This document shows, in pieces, positions 18,762 through 27,489 of a stretch of 64,000 bases of DNA. The stretch covers positions 5,350-69,349 of the forward strand of contig CAZPGQ010000001.1 in the NCBI GenBank assembly GCA_964586695.1. Reading direction: 5' to 3'. Positions within the stretch are counted from its first letter, which is position 1, and every line of letters starts with the position of its first letter. The DNA comes from an uncultured Candidatus Saccharibacteria bacterium. GTDB lineage: Bacteria > Patescibacteriota > Minisyncoccia > Phycocordibacterales > DATDWN01. Both the position numbers and the translations under genes were made by a program. The notes below the pieces were generated by a model. That model worked only from the letters and a program-made list of their open reading frames with translations, did not search any database and was not told where the DNA came from.

Positions 18762-19574
18762 ATGAGCATTCTGAATCGTACGGCCATTGTGGCCATGATT
18801 GTGTTCTTTGTAATGAGTTCGTCGTCTTTTGCTCAGGGCAAGTCTCCGGAGCAGGTCAGGGCGGAAAAGGCTGCCGCAGTTTTCGTCGCGGCAGTCGACG
18901 CTGCAGCAGCACAGACTGTCTCTGACAAGAAATCGGACAAGAAGAAGGAGACGGAGGCAGAGATGTTTGTTCGTCTCTCAACCCCAGTCGAAGGAGAGAG
19001 TGAGATGGACACGCGAAAGCGTGAACGCGCACTCAAGATCCTTCTCGACAACCGTGAGAAGGAGGCCACCAAGAGGAGGCAGAAATCCCTCTCTCTTGTC
19101 GAGCGTCAGGCCGCAGCCCAGGTTGAGGACGATGTCAAGAGGGAGGCCAAGGAAGACAAGAAGGCCTCCGACAGGCGTAGCATGCTCGGCCTTTCCTGTG
19201 GAAGGGATGAGGAAGGCGAACTCATCCCCACCGACAGTGTCGAGGTAAGTGATGACGCTGTTCAAGACTACCATAGAGACGTTCACTCGCGTCTCGTGGT
19301 GGTCAACCGGACACCGTTTGCCGTCGACGAGATTCGTCTCGTTGCTGGTAGGGGTGAGTCCGTGCAGGTCAAGAACCTGTGCCCGAACGGAAGGCTGAAC
19401 CTGATCCAATGGATCGGGTGGAGTATGAATACGTACGTTGAGTACGTGGCCACGATCCGAGATGGTTCTGGTCGGGTCAGCCTTTCCTACTCACCCCGGA
19501 TCAACTTGCAAGCTTGTCAGTTTGCAATGTGCCAGAGAGAATTCTCTGGCGTCTGGGAGATACAAGCAAGGTGA
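18762..19574 (+). CDS. GC-rich (about 55% GC) secreted protein of unknown function. Signal peptide, then a charged Ala/Lys/Glu-rich region, then a Cys-containing C-terminal domain.
   Basis: Composition differs sharply from the flanking sequence. Strong RBS 6 nt before the ATG at 18762. Signal peptide MSILNRTAIVAMIVFFVMSSSSFAQG. The high GC makes every other frame open, so the other ORFs listed in this region are artefacts. Confidence 0.55.
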   Translation: MSILNRTAIVAMIVFFVMSSSSFAQGKSPEQVRAEKAAAVFVAAVDAAAAQTVSDKKSDKKKETEAEMFVRLSTPVEGESEMDTRKRERALKILLDNREKEATKRRQKSLSLVERQAAAQVEDDVKREAKEDKKASDRRSMLGLSCGRDEEGELIPTDSVEVSDDAVQDYHRDVHSRLVVVNRTPFAVDEIRLVAGRGESVQVKNLCPNGRLNLIQWIGWSMNTYVEYVATIRDGSGRVSLSYSPRINLQACQFAMCQREFSGVWEIQAR

Positions 19575-19596
19575 GTGTCTCCCGAAAACAAGCACA

Positions 19597-19646
19597 CCCC
19601 GCGGGATTGTCCCGCGGGTAGGGGTCAGCAGATGCTGGCCTTTTTT
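19597..19646 (+). terminator. Palindromic GC motif plus rho-independent terminator closing GC-rich cassette 1
   Basis: CCCGCGGG-ATTGT-CCCGCGGG, then the hairpin GGTCAG-CAGATG-CTGGCC followed by TTTTTT. Confidence 0.6.
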
Positions 19647-19666
19647 CATACTCAAATATTTAAAAT

Positions 19667-20122
19667 ATGTTAATATCCAAACAAATGAAATACATTTCAA
19701 ACTCGCTCGAAGAGACACAGAAAATCGCAGATGATTTTATAAAAAACATTTCACCAAAAAGTGACACGGCTTTTGTTGTTGGTTTGTCTGGAAATCTTGG
19801 CGCTGGCAAAACGGCTTTTACAAAATGCATTGCAAAAAGTCTTGGCGTTGAAGAAACAGTAACTAGTCCAACTTTTGTTATAGAAAAAATATACGAATTA
19901 GAGAACCAAAAGTTTTCTCATCTTATTCATATTGATGCATATAGGTTAGAAAGTGGGGAGGAGCTACTTAACCTTGGTTGGCAGAGGATAATTTCAGATC
20001 CAAAAAATATGATACTTATTGAATGGCCAGAAAAAGTCTCTAGTGTTATGCCAGAGCACACAAAAATGAGTCTAAAGGCTCTAGAAGTAGTTGGAAGTCA
20101 TGAGATAGAGATAGTTGAGTAA
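19667..20122 (+). CDS. tsaE: tRNA threonylcarbamoyladenosine biosynthesis ATPase TsaE (YjeE)
   Basis: P-loop GLSGNLGAGKT, SPTF, and HIDAYRLESGEE, all typical of TsaE. A second in-frame ATG at 19685 is an alternative start. Confidence 0.8.
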   Translation: MLISKQMKYISNSLEETQKIADDFIKNISPKSDTAFVVGLSGNLGAGKTAFTKCIAKSLGVEETVTSPTFVIEKIYELENQKFSHLIHIDAYRLESGEELLNLGWQRIISDPKNMILIEWPEKVSSVMPEHTKMSLKALEVVGSHEIEIVE

Positions 20123-20273
20123 AATGTTATAATGCTAGAGTAATAAAAACTTCTTTCTCAACATATCCTTTTTGGAGCACGCATAATTTGGGGGCTCCAA
20201 ATTTGCTCGCTCTCGGCTCGACAGCCTCCGAGAGTCTCCAAAAAGAATATGATTTCGAAGAAGTTTTAAGCAT

Positions 20274-22631
20274 ATGGCTAAAACAAAATCTCAAAAAACA
20301 CTTGTCCTTTTAGATGTGCATGCAATATTGCATAGGGCATATCACGCACTTCCAGAATTTGAGTCTAGTAAGGGTGAACCAACAGGGGCACTATATGGTC
20401 TTGGAACTTTTTTGATAAAACTCGTTAAGGATTTGAAGCCAGATTATATTATCGCTTGTTATGACTTACCGGGTGGAACTATGCGACATGAAGTCTACAA
20501 AGACTACAAAGCGGGCCGAAAGAAAATAGATGATGCTTTGGTTGTTCAACTTGAAAGATCAAAAGATGTTTTTAAGGCATTAAATATTCCGATGTATTCA
20601 TCTCCAGGTTTCGAGGCAGACGATATGCTTGGAACAATAGTAGAAAATCTGAAAGACAATAAAGAAATAAATGTTGTTATTGCTTCTGGCGATATGGATA
20701 CAATGCAACTTATAAACGATGACAAAGTTACTGTTTATACTTTGAAAAAGGGGATCAAAGACACTATTATTTACAACGAGGAAGCTGTGAAAGAGCGTTT
20801 TGGTTTTGGTCCGGAACATTTGACTGATTATAAAGGTTTAAGAGGTGATACGTCTGACAATATTATTGGTATAAAAGGTATCGGTGAAAAAACAGCCGAG
20901 GAACTTATTGTAAACTTTGGTTCGATAGAAGATATATATAAGAAACTAAAAAAAGACGAGGAGGCTTTTCTAAAAGCGGGTATAAAGAAAAGAATCATTC
21001 AACTTTTAAAGGACGGCGAAGAGGAAGCTTTGTTTTCAAAAACTCTTGCCACAATACGTCGTGACGCACCGATACATTTTGTTGTGCCAGAAAAAGTTTG
21101 GCGAGAAGATGTCGATATGAAGAAAGTTCAGGAACTTTTTGTGGAGTTTGAGTTCAGAACACTCGCGGGAAAGTTTGCAGAAGTTCTGTCTATTGATATG
21201 CCAGAGGAACTAAGCATTTCAGCTAGTCCAGAGGAAATTCGGGAGATAGGCCTTTTGCTTTGGACTGTGGATTCCAACAAAACAACACCGACTCTGGAGG
21301 ATATTTTGTCATACACGAGAGCAAATAACATTTCAGACGCAAGGAAGTACTTGGAGAAAATGATAAAGGATCAAGATCTATCTTTTGTTGTAGATAGTAT
21401 AGAGATGCCACTTTTGCCTATATGTCAGAGGATGACAGAAATAGGAATAAAGATAGATGTAAAAAGGTTAGAGGAGTTGTCTGTAAAATATCACAAAGAA
21501 CTTTCAAGTTTAGAAAAACAGATTTGGAAAATAGTTGGGGAAGAATTTAATATTGCTTCACCAAAACAGCTTGGGGAAATGTTGTTTGTGAAGATGGGAT
21601 TGAAAGCGAAAAACCAAAAGAAAACAGCAAGTGGGGGATTTTCTACAAAAGAGTCAGAACTTGAAAAATTAAAAGACGAACATCCTATTGCTGGACTTAT
21701 TTTGGAATACAGAGAATTAGCAAAACTTTTGGGAACTTATATCGATACCATTCCAAAACTAGTTGATGCAAATAACAGGCTACATTCAGAGTTTCTACAA
21801 GCAGGAAGTGCAACCGGTAGAATGGCGAGTCAAAACCCTGGAATACAAAACATTCCAAATAGAACAGAACTAGGTCGTGAAATACGAAAGTCTTTTATTG
21901 CAGAAAAGGGTTATAAGCTGGTTACTTTTGACTATTCACAGATAGAGCTTCGTATCGCAGCTTTTTTGTCAGGGGATAAAAAACTCATAGAAATTTTCAA
22001 AGAAGGCTTGGATGTTCACACTGCTGTAGCTTGTGAAGTTTTTGGTGTAGATCCAAAAGATGTGACAAAAGAAATGCGTAGCAAGGCAAAAACTATAAAC
22101 TTTGGTGTTATGTATGGTATGGGAGTCACAGCACTCCAGAAAAATATTGGAACGAATAGGGAGGAGGCTCAACAGTTTTTAGATGGATACTTTAACAAAT
22201 TTTCTGGTCTTGCAGAGTATCTAGAAAGAGTAAAAAGAGAGACTGCTCAAAAAGGTTATACAGAAACTTTCTTTGGAAGACGACGATATTTCCCAGACAT
22301 ACATTCCAAACTTCCTTTCATGAAAGCTTCTGCAGAACGTATGGCTATTAACGCACCTATACAGGGGACAGAGGCAGATATAATAAAGCTTGCGATGGTG
22401 GAGATAGATAAATATTTGGAGAGTAATGGACTTCGTGATGACGTGCGAATGCTACTTCAGGTTCACGACGAGTTGGTATTCGAAATAAAAGAAAAGTTGG
22501 TAGAGGTTGTTGCTCCAGAGATAAAGAGGATGATGGAGGAAGTAATAGATACAAAGAAAACATCGGGGATAGTTATGCTGACAGAGTGTTCTGCGGGTGA
22601 TAATTGGGTGGAAACTAAAAAAGTATTATAA
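20274..22631 (+). CDS. polA: DNA polymerase I (5'-3' exonuclease plus polymerase domains; compact form)
   Basis: 5'-nuclease N-terminus (YHALPEFESSKGEPTGALYG). Polymerase motif A DYSQIELRIAAFLSGD, motif B RSKAKTINFGVMYGMG and motif C QVHDELVFE. Confidence 0.9.
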   Translation: MAKTKSQKTLVLLDVHAILHRAYHALPEFESSKGEPTGALYGLGTFLIKLVKDLKPDYIIACYDLPGGTMRHEVYKDYKAGRKKIDDALVVQLERSKDVFKALNIPMYSSPGFEADDMLGTIVENLKDNKEINVVIASGDMDTMQLINDDKVTVYTLKKGIKDTIIYNEEAVKERFGFGPEHLTDYKGLRGDTSDNIIGIKGIGEKTAEELIVNFGSIEDIYKKLKKDEEAFLKAGIKKRIIQLLKDGEEEALFSKTLATIRRDAPIHFVVPEKVWREDVDMKKVQELFVEFEFRTLAGKFAEVLSIDMPEELSISASPEEIREIGLLLWTVDSNKTTPTLEDILSYTRANNISDARKYLEKMIKDQDLSFVVDSIEMPLLPICQRMTEIGIKIDVKRLEELSVKYHKELSSLEKQIWKIVGEEFNIASPKQLGEMLFVKMGLKAKNQKKTASGGFSTKESELEKLKDEHPIAGLILEYRELAKLLGTYIDTIPKLVDANNRLHSEFLQAGSATGRMASQNPGIQNIPNRTELGREIRKSFIAEKGYKLVTFDYSQIELRIAAFLSGDKKLIEIFKEGLDVHTAVACEVFGVDPKDVTKEMRSKAKTINFGVMYGMGVTALQKNIGTNREEAQQFLDGYFNKFSGLAEYLERVKRETAQKGYTETFFGRRRYFPDIHSKLPFMKASAERMAINAPIQGTEADIIKLAMVEIDKYLESNGLRDDVRMLLQVHDELVFEIKEKLVEVVAPEIKRMMEEVIDTKKTSGIVMLTECSAGDNWVETKKVL

Positions 22632-22639
22632 AATATTTT

Positions 22640-23218
22640 ATGAAAATTGGAATCACACTAACATCTTCATTGTCTATTGGTCAGGAATATATAAATTTAA
22701 CACGCATGGTAGCTGAAATTTTGGCAAAGAATAATTTCAGTATTATTTATGGCGGTACTGATTATGGAATGATGGGAGAACTAGCAGAGGCATATAAGGC
22801 TGCTGGGGGTAAGGAATTAATTGGTATTATGTCAAAAGAGTTGCAGGGTGTTACAAAAAATTATAAAACATATTCAAAACTTGATGTTGCAATATGGGAA
22901 GATAGAATAATTGAAAGAATTGGAAAAATAAACGATCTGGCAGAGGGTTTCATTATTCTCCCTGGAGGGTACGGTACTCTTGAAGAAATGATGAGTATCG
23001 TTAGTGGTAAGGCCAATAAATTGCATAATAAACCGATTGTAATTTTGGATTTCAATGGTTTTTATAAGACATTTATTTCTTTTATGGATGAGATGCGTGA
23101 AAAAAAATTTAGCAAGATCAATGTTAAAGAATTAGTGCATATTTGCGAATCTATAGATGATGTTGTTGATTATTTTGAATCCTACAAAGAAGTGCCTCTG
23201 CCAGATAAGTTTGTATAA
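22640..23218 (+). CDS. LOG family protein (TIGR00730; cytokinin riboside 5'-monophosphate phosphoribohydrolase-like)
   Basis: IIYGGTDYGMMGELAE ... PGGYGTLEEM is the LOG signature. Confidence 0.75.
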   Translation: MKIGITLTSSLSIGQEYINLTRMVAEILAKNNFSIIYGGTDYGMMGELAEAYKAAGGKELIGIMSKELQGVTKNYKTYSKLDVAIWEDRIIERIGKINDLAEGFIILPGGYGTLEEMMSIVSGKANKLHNKPIVILDFNGFYKTFISFMDEMREKKFSKINVKELVHICESIDDVVDYFESYKEVPLPDKFV

Positions 23219-23227
23219 TTAGATCAT

Positions 23228-23941
23228 ATGTTGTACGTAATTTACGGAACCGATACTCATAAGGCCAGAGCAAAACTTCATGATCTTTTGGATTTGGCAA
23301 AGAAAAAAAGACCAGAAGCTGAGCTTTTTAAACTCACAACAGAAAACTGGAGTGAGGGTCAGTTTGATGAACTTCTTGTTGCTCAGGGTTTGTTTGAGCA
23401 GAAATACACTACTGTTTTAGATAATCTTTTTGAAAAAAAGGACATAAAGAGTTATGTAATGGAGAGACTCGAGGGGATGAAAGAATCAGAGCAAATTTTC
23501 TTAATGCTTGAGTCATCTATTGATGCTGCTAGTTTGAAAAAGTTAGCGAAGTTTTCCGAGAAAGTTCAGGTGTTCGAAAAAGTTGAAAATAAAAAACCAA
23601 GTTTAAATATTTTTTCTATCACAGATGGTTTGGTGCAGAAAGATAAAAAGAAACTCTGGATTTCATATGTTGATTTACTAGGTAATGGTGCTGTGGCGGA
23701 GGAAATACACGGAATACTTTTTTGGCAGGTAAAAAATATGATACTAGCTAGCAGAGCGGGAAGTGCAACAGAAACAGGACTTTCACCTTTTGTTTACAAA
23801 AATGCTTTGACTGGTGCTAGGAATTACAAAAATGAAGACTTACAAAAAATGTCTAGCGATTTGGTGGATATGACTCACAGAGTGAGACAAGGAAAAGGTG
23901 ATCTAGAGGTGATGATGGAAAAGTGGGTTTTGGGGCTGTAG
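23228..23941 (+). CDS. Possible DNA polymerase III delta subunit (HolA-like), short form
   Basis: N-terminus MLYVIYGTDTHKARAKL resembles the HolA start. The C-terminal helical region has LFWQVKNMILAS. Sits just downstream of polA. Assignment is weak. Confidence 0.35.
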   Translation: MLYVIYGTDTHKARAKLHDLLDLAKKKRPEAELFKLTTENWSEGQFDELLVAQGLFEQKYTTVLDNLFEKKDIKSYVMERLEGMKESEQIFLMLESSIDAASLKKLAKFSEKVQVFEKVENKKPSLNIFSITDGLVQKDKKKLWISYVDLLGNGAVAEEIHGILFWQVKNMILASRAGSATETGLSPFVYKNALTGARNYKNEDLQKMSSDLVDMTHRVRQGKGDLEVMMEKWVLGL

Positions 23942-23942
23942 G

Positions 23943-24509
23943 CTAGTAGTTCTTTGGTGGTAATGCAATTTGTTTTGAACTAGCGCAGGTATTGTTTTTC
24001 TGGGTAATTTTTTCTCCACCAAATACTAATAATGCAACAGTTATGCATACTAGGAAAATGTATTTATTAAAGTTCCCAATAAACAGTAGTATAAAAGCTA
24101 TAGTTGGCAGAAAGAAAAGTACCAATGAAACGTAGTCCGTATAGACAAGTATTTGAGCAAGAATATTTAAGTATGGTATGTATGAAATTATTTGAAAAGC
24201 AGCTACAAACGTCATTATCCACAGAGATATTTTTGTAAGCAAATTTACTTTTTCCGGCTTGTCAGATAAGTAAATAAACACTAAAGCAACATATAGGAAC
24301 ATAAATGGAGTGAAGATTCTCATGAATGTTGAAAAAGAATACAAGAGGTTGTCTGATGAAAAGGTGGAGGTGAATGAGCAGTATTCTTGGGGTATAACTA
24401 TTGAGTATATAGTTGAATATAACGTAGTTAAAATTGGAATCAATAATACAGCAGCGGGTATAATAAATTTAAATTTTTGAATGTTCATATTAAGTAAATT
24501 GTAACACAC
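23943..24509 (-). CDS. Hypothetical polytopic membrane protein
   Basis: About 5 hydrophobic helices. No motif recognised. Confidence 0.45.
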   Translation of the reverse strand: MCYNLLNMNIQKFKFIIPAAVLLIPILTTLYSTIYSIVIPQEYCSFTSTFSSDNLLYSFSTFMRIFTPFMFLYVALVFIYLSDKPEKVNLLTKISLWIMTFVAAFQIISYIPYLNILAQILVYTDYVSLVLFFLPTIAFILLFIGNFNKYIFLVCITVALLVFGGEKITQKNNTCASSKQIALPPKNY

Positions 24510-24630
24510 TAAAATTACTTATAAAATAGAAATGGCCGTTTTGATATTGGACTTTTGCTATTTTTCTGTTATATTTCAAAGGTGCTTATTGTCTTGATAG
24601 CTTTAAGAAGTTTAATTTTCCAAGGCAGAT

Positions 24631-24706
24631 GCGCCCATAACTCAGCTGGTAGAGTAGCTCCCTTTTAAGGAGAAAGTCGCAGGTTCGATCCCTGCTGGGC
24701 GCACCA
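24631..24706 (+). tRNA. tRNA-Lys (anticodon TTT), CCA encoded
   Basis: Hand fold: acceptor GCGCCCA/TGGGCGC, D arm ACTC-AGCTGGTA-GAGT, anticodon stem-loop GCTCC-CTTTTAA-GGAGA, T arm GCAGG-TTCGATC-CCTGC, discriminator A, CCA. Confidence 0.85.
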
Positions 24707-24748
24707 ATTAAAAAATCCCTGTAATGGGGATTTTTTAATTGGTGCGCC
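24698..24748 (+). repeat. Perfect palindrome with 22-bp arms overlapping the tRNA-Lys 3' end. Its inner part acts as an intrinsic terminator.
   Basis: GGCGCACCAATTAAAAAATCCC-TGTAATG-GGGATTTTTTAATTGGTGCGCC. The left arm contains the last 9 nt of the tRNA. Confidence 0.6.
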
Positions 24749-25010
24749 ACAGAGAAAAGTCTGGGAGACTTTTCGTCGGGGATCGAAAACCTTTGATAGT
24801 TTTTTATTTAAAAACAGAAAAGGTGTACCGTTCCCGTAGGGAAAGATCCCTGCTGGGCGTACATGTTTGAGTCGGAGTACGATGTTGCGAGTACGGCTCA
24901 AAAGTAATTTTAGCAAAAAATTACTTTTGGGACATGACGAAAATTAAATTTTCCGAATCGCATAGTTTCTACGGTGGGGTAATTAATTTAGTGTGCCTAG
25001 TTGTTTCAAC

Positions 25011-25571
25011 CTATTTTCTAAATAGATTTATTAATCTATCAAAGATAGCTATTAACATAAATAAAATACCAAGAGGAATACCAATAACTTCTGCTATGTC
25101 CCAAAAATCATTCCTAACCATGTACTGTGGTAGCAAAAACAAAATAAGTCCAATAGTCATAAAAATTACTGTTTTTAGATAGTTTGATTTTGGTCTATCT
25201 ACATATGCTGTGGTTATTTGATTGGTGTTTTGGTTTATTCTTGCTTTTTTCTTAAAATAAAACCCGAACCCAAATAATATTGAAGAACCAGCCAAAAAAA
25301 CAGGATAAAGTATCATTACAAAGAATAGTTCCATATCGTCTATACCTTTTGGTATTAGTGGGGCTAGGTATAAAATAGGTGAAAATAAAAAGATGATAGG
25401 TAAAAGTTTTGAATTAGAATCAGTAAGATTAACTTTAAATATTATTATTGAAGGAATGGCCCAACATAAAATTAAAAATAACCAGTTGTTTTCTCTGAAT
25501 AAAAATAATGGAGCAAAAATAGATGCTGTTGCTATAGATAAAAATATTGCAGCTAATTCATTATTTTTCAT
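25011..25571 (-). CDS. Hypothetical polytopic membrane protein
   Basis: Hydrophobic helices throughout. Start moved to the internal Met (MKNNELAAIF) so it does not overlap the upstream gene. Confidence 0.45.
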   Translation of the reverse strand: MKNNELAAIFLSIATASIFAPLFLFRENNWLFLILCWAIPSIIIFKVNLTDSNSKLLPIIFLFSPILYLAPLIPKGIDDMELFFVMILYPVFLAGSSILFGFGFYFKKKARINQNTNQITTAYVDRPKSNYLKTVIFMTIGLILFLLPQYMVRNDFWDIAEVIGIPLGILFMLIAIFDRLINLFRK

Positions 25572-25575
25572 GTAT

Positions 25576-25932
25576 TTACAGTGGATAGTCAATCGCAAAT
25601 GTTCCGGGTCCCGTAAGAAGTAGGGAAAGTAGAATAATTCCAGCAAACCAGTAGATCATCATCTTGTCATTTGTAGTAGGAGAAACTTTTCGGTTTGTCC
25701 AGAAGTCGAGTACTGTGCAAACAATAGCTATCAGAACTACACCTTGTGTGTAAGCCCCAACAAATAACATTACTCCAAAAAGTATCTGTGGTATTGCGAG
25801 CCACATTTTATTCTGTGTTTTAAGTGTTTTCCATCCGTTGCTTAGTAGAAAATAACTAACAACAAGTCGAAGTAATAGGGGAGCAAAAAGTCCAAAAGTT
25901 AATAATGATGGAAATAATGAAAGTGTATGCAT
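25576..25932 (-). CDS. Small membrane protein, DoxX-like
   Basis: Four predicted TM helices in 118 aa with a DoxX-like pattern. Low-specificity call. Confidence 0.4.
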   Translation of the reverse strand: MHTLSLFPSLLTFGLFAPLLLRLVVSYFLLSNGWKTLKTQNKMWLAIPQILFGVMLFVGAYTQGVVLIAIVCTVLDFWTNRKVSPTTNDKMMIYWFAGIILLSLLLTGPGTFAIDYPL

Positions 25933-25951
25933 ATCTCAATTATATGGTATA

Positions 25952-26452
25952 TTGCCGGATATGACAAAAGGGAAGACTGTAGAAAAAGAGATTGCTGTTT
26001 TGCTTCACGACATACGTTCAACACATAACGTGGGCTCTATTTTCCGCACAGCAGATACACTCGGAATAAATAAAATATACATTTCGGGTTACACTCCGAC
26101 TCCATTGGATAAGTTTAGTCGACCAAGAAAAGACATAGCTAAAGTGGCACTGGGTGCAGAGAAAACTATTTCTTGGGAGTATATAGATGATCCAAAAAAA
26201 CTTTTGAAAAAGTTAAGTAAAGAAGGTTTCCAGATTATTGGCGTAGAGCAGTCAGAAGATTCTGTTGATTATAAAAAAGTAAAAATAGAAAACAAAGTTT
26301 TGTTTATTGTTGGAAATGAAGTTTCGGGGATGGAAAAAGATATGCTTAAACTTTGTGATGTAGTAGCAGAGATACCACAAAGAGGGGAAAAGGAATCGCT
26401 GAATGTTTCCGTGGCTTTTGGTGTTGCTTTGTTCAGAATGCTTAATTTATAA
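25952..26452 (+). CDS. SpoU/TrmH family RNA 2'-O-methyltransferase
   Basis: HNVGSIFRTADTLGINKIYISGYTP is the SpoU motif. C-terminal IGNEVSGM ... LNVSVAFGVALF. Confidence 0.75.
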   Translation: MPDMTKGKTVEKEIAVLLHDIRSTHNVGSIFRTADTLGINKIYISGYTPTPLDKFSRPRKDIAKVALGAEKTISWEYIDDPKKLLKKLSKEGFQIIGVEQSEDSVDYKKVKIENKVLFIVGNEVSGMEKDMLKLCDVVAEIPQRGEKESLNVSVAFGVALFRMLNL

Positions 26453-26573
26453 ACCCTTAAATCTGGATGAAGTTCGAGGAAAAATGAGAAAATGCGAGGA
26501 GCCTTACTCAGATGTAAGGTGACGAGAATTTTTGAAATTTTGACAATGAAATTCGCCAGATTTAGGCGTTTAT

Positions 26574-27470
26574 CTAGTACTTATATTCATCTACTATCTT
26601 TCCTTCTTCATCTAGGAGAACAATATCTTCTCTAGAATTTTTCCACAAAGTCTCGCTTCTCTTTAGGAAAATTCTCCATTCATTCTGATAAAAATCCTTA
26701 TCATTTTTGTGTGTATCTACACAAGCGGGGTAGTTAATTTTTTTGTAAATAAAGTCTGTGCACTCTACGCTCCACTTTGATGATCCTGCTGGTAGTGGGT
26801 CTGTTTGTGTTTTGCATGAAGACATTGAATCTATAAAATCAAAACAGGAATCATTGTAGCCAGTTCTTGGTATGTTTGAAATATTTTCTTTGCTCGGTGA
26901 AGGACAGTATCCACCAATATAAGGTGTAAAAGTTTGAAATTGGTTTAAGTAGCCAGAACATTTGTTCAGTTTGAAATTGACTCCGTTCGGTGATATTCCT
27001 GTGTTTATATATATAGTATCATTAGCTGACATATAGATATCTTGTTCTGGGTTAACTGTTCCAGCAAAAAATAAATACGTACCTTGTGGTATTTTTACAC
27101 TGTTTCCAGTTGAACGACTTTTTAATGTCCAGCCAGTTATTTTTACAGGAGATTTCAAGCTGTTGTTTGATCGTATAACTGCATATTCTTGTGAAGCTTG
27201 GTTGCCTCGGGTTATATAGGATAAATCAATTATATCTTTGTACTTTGACTCGTATTTTTTTGCTTCCTCTGCTGAGACTTGTTTTTTAAGTTCTTCAACC
27301 TTGTATTGAGTATCATTTATCTGTCTTTGAATGTCAGCTTGTTTCTGTTCTGGGGTAACTGGTCCAACTGAGAAAAGTCCACCACCATTGGTGCCTTTTG
27401 ACCCGCCATACATTAATACAGCAAGTATTACTAATATAACCACCATACCCGTGTTACTGTCTTTTCCCAT
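26574..27470 (-). CDS. Hypothetical secreted/membrane-anchored Cys-containing protein
   Basis: N-terminal TM helix (MVVILVILAVLMYGG), then a coiled region, then a beta-rich region with several Cys. Confidence 0.45.
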   Translation of the reverse strand: MGKDSNTGMVVILVILAVLMYGGSKGTNGGGLFSVGPVTPEQKQADIQRQINDTQYKVEELKKQVSAEEAKKYESKYKDIIDLSYITRGNQASQEYAVIRSNNSLKSPVKITGWTLKSRSTGNSVKIPQGTYLFFAGTVNPEQDIYMSANDTIYINTGISPNGVNFKLNKCSGYLNQFQTFTPYIGGYCPSPSKENISNIPRTGYNDSCFDFIDSMSSCKTQTDPLPAGSSKWSVECTDFIYKKINYPACVDTHKNDKDFYQNEWRIFLKRSETLWKNSREDIVLLDEEGKIVDEYKY

Positions 27471-27489
27471 ACGTATATTCTACTACAAA

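Noticed and set aside
18829-19409. Overlapping ORFs in other frames and on the other strand inside GC-rich cassette 1 (139-aa Arg-rich ORF at 18829-19248, 18833-19072 minus, 18978-19409 minus, 18713-18925)
   Set aside because: High GC removes stop codons in all frames. The Arg/Ser/Pro-rich translations are typical off-frame artefacts. Only the frame with promoter, RBS, signal peptide and terminator is credible.
24665-24916. 83-aa minus-strand ORF
   Set aside because: Overlaps tRNA-Lys and its palindrome. No expression signals.
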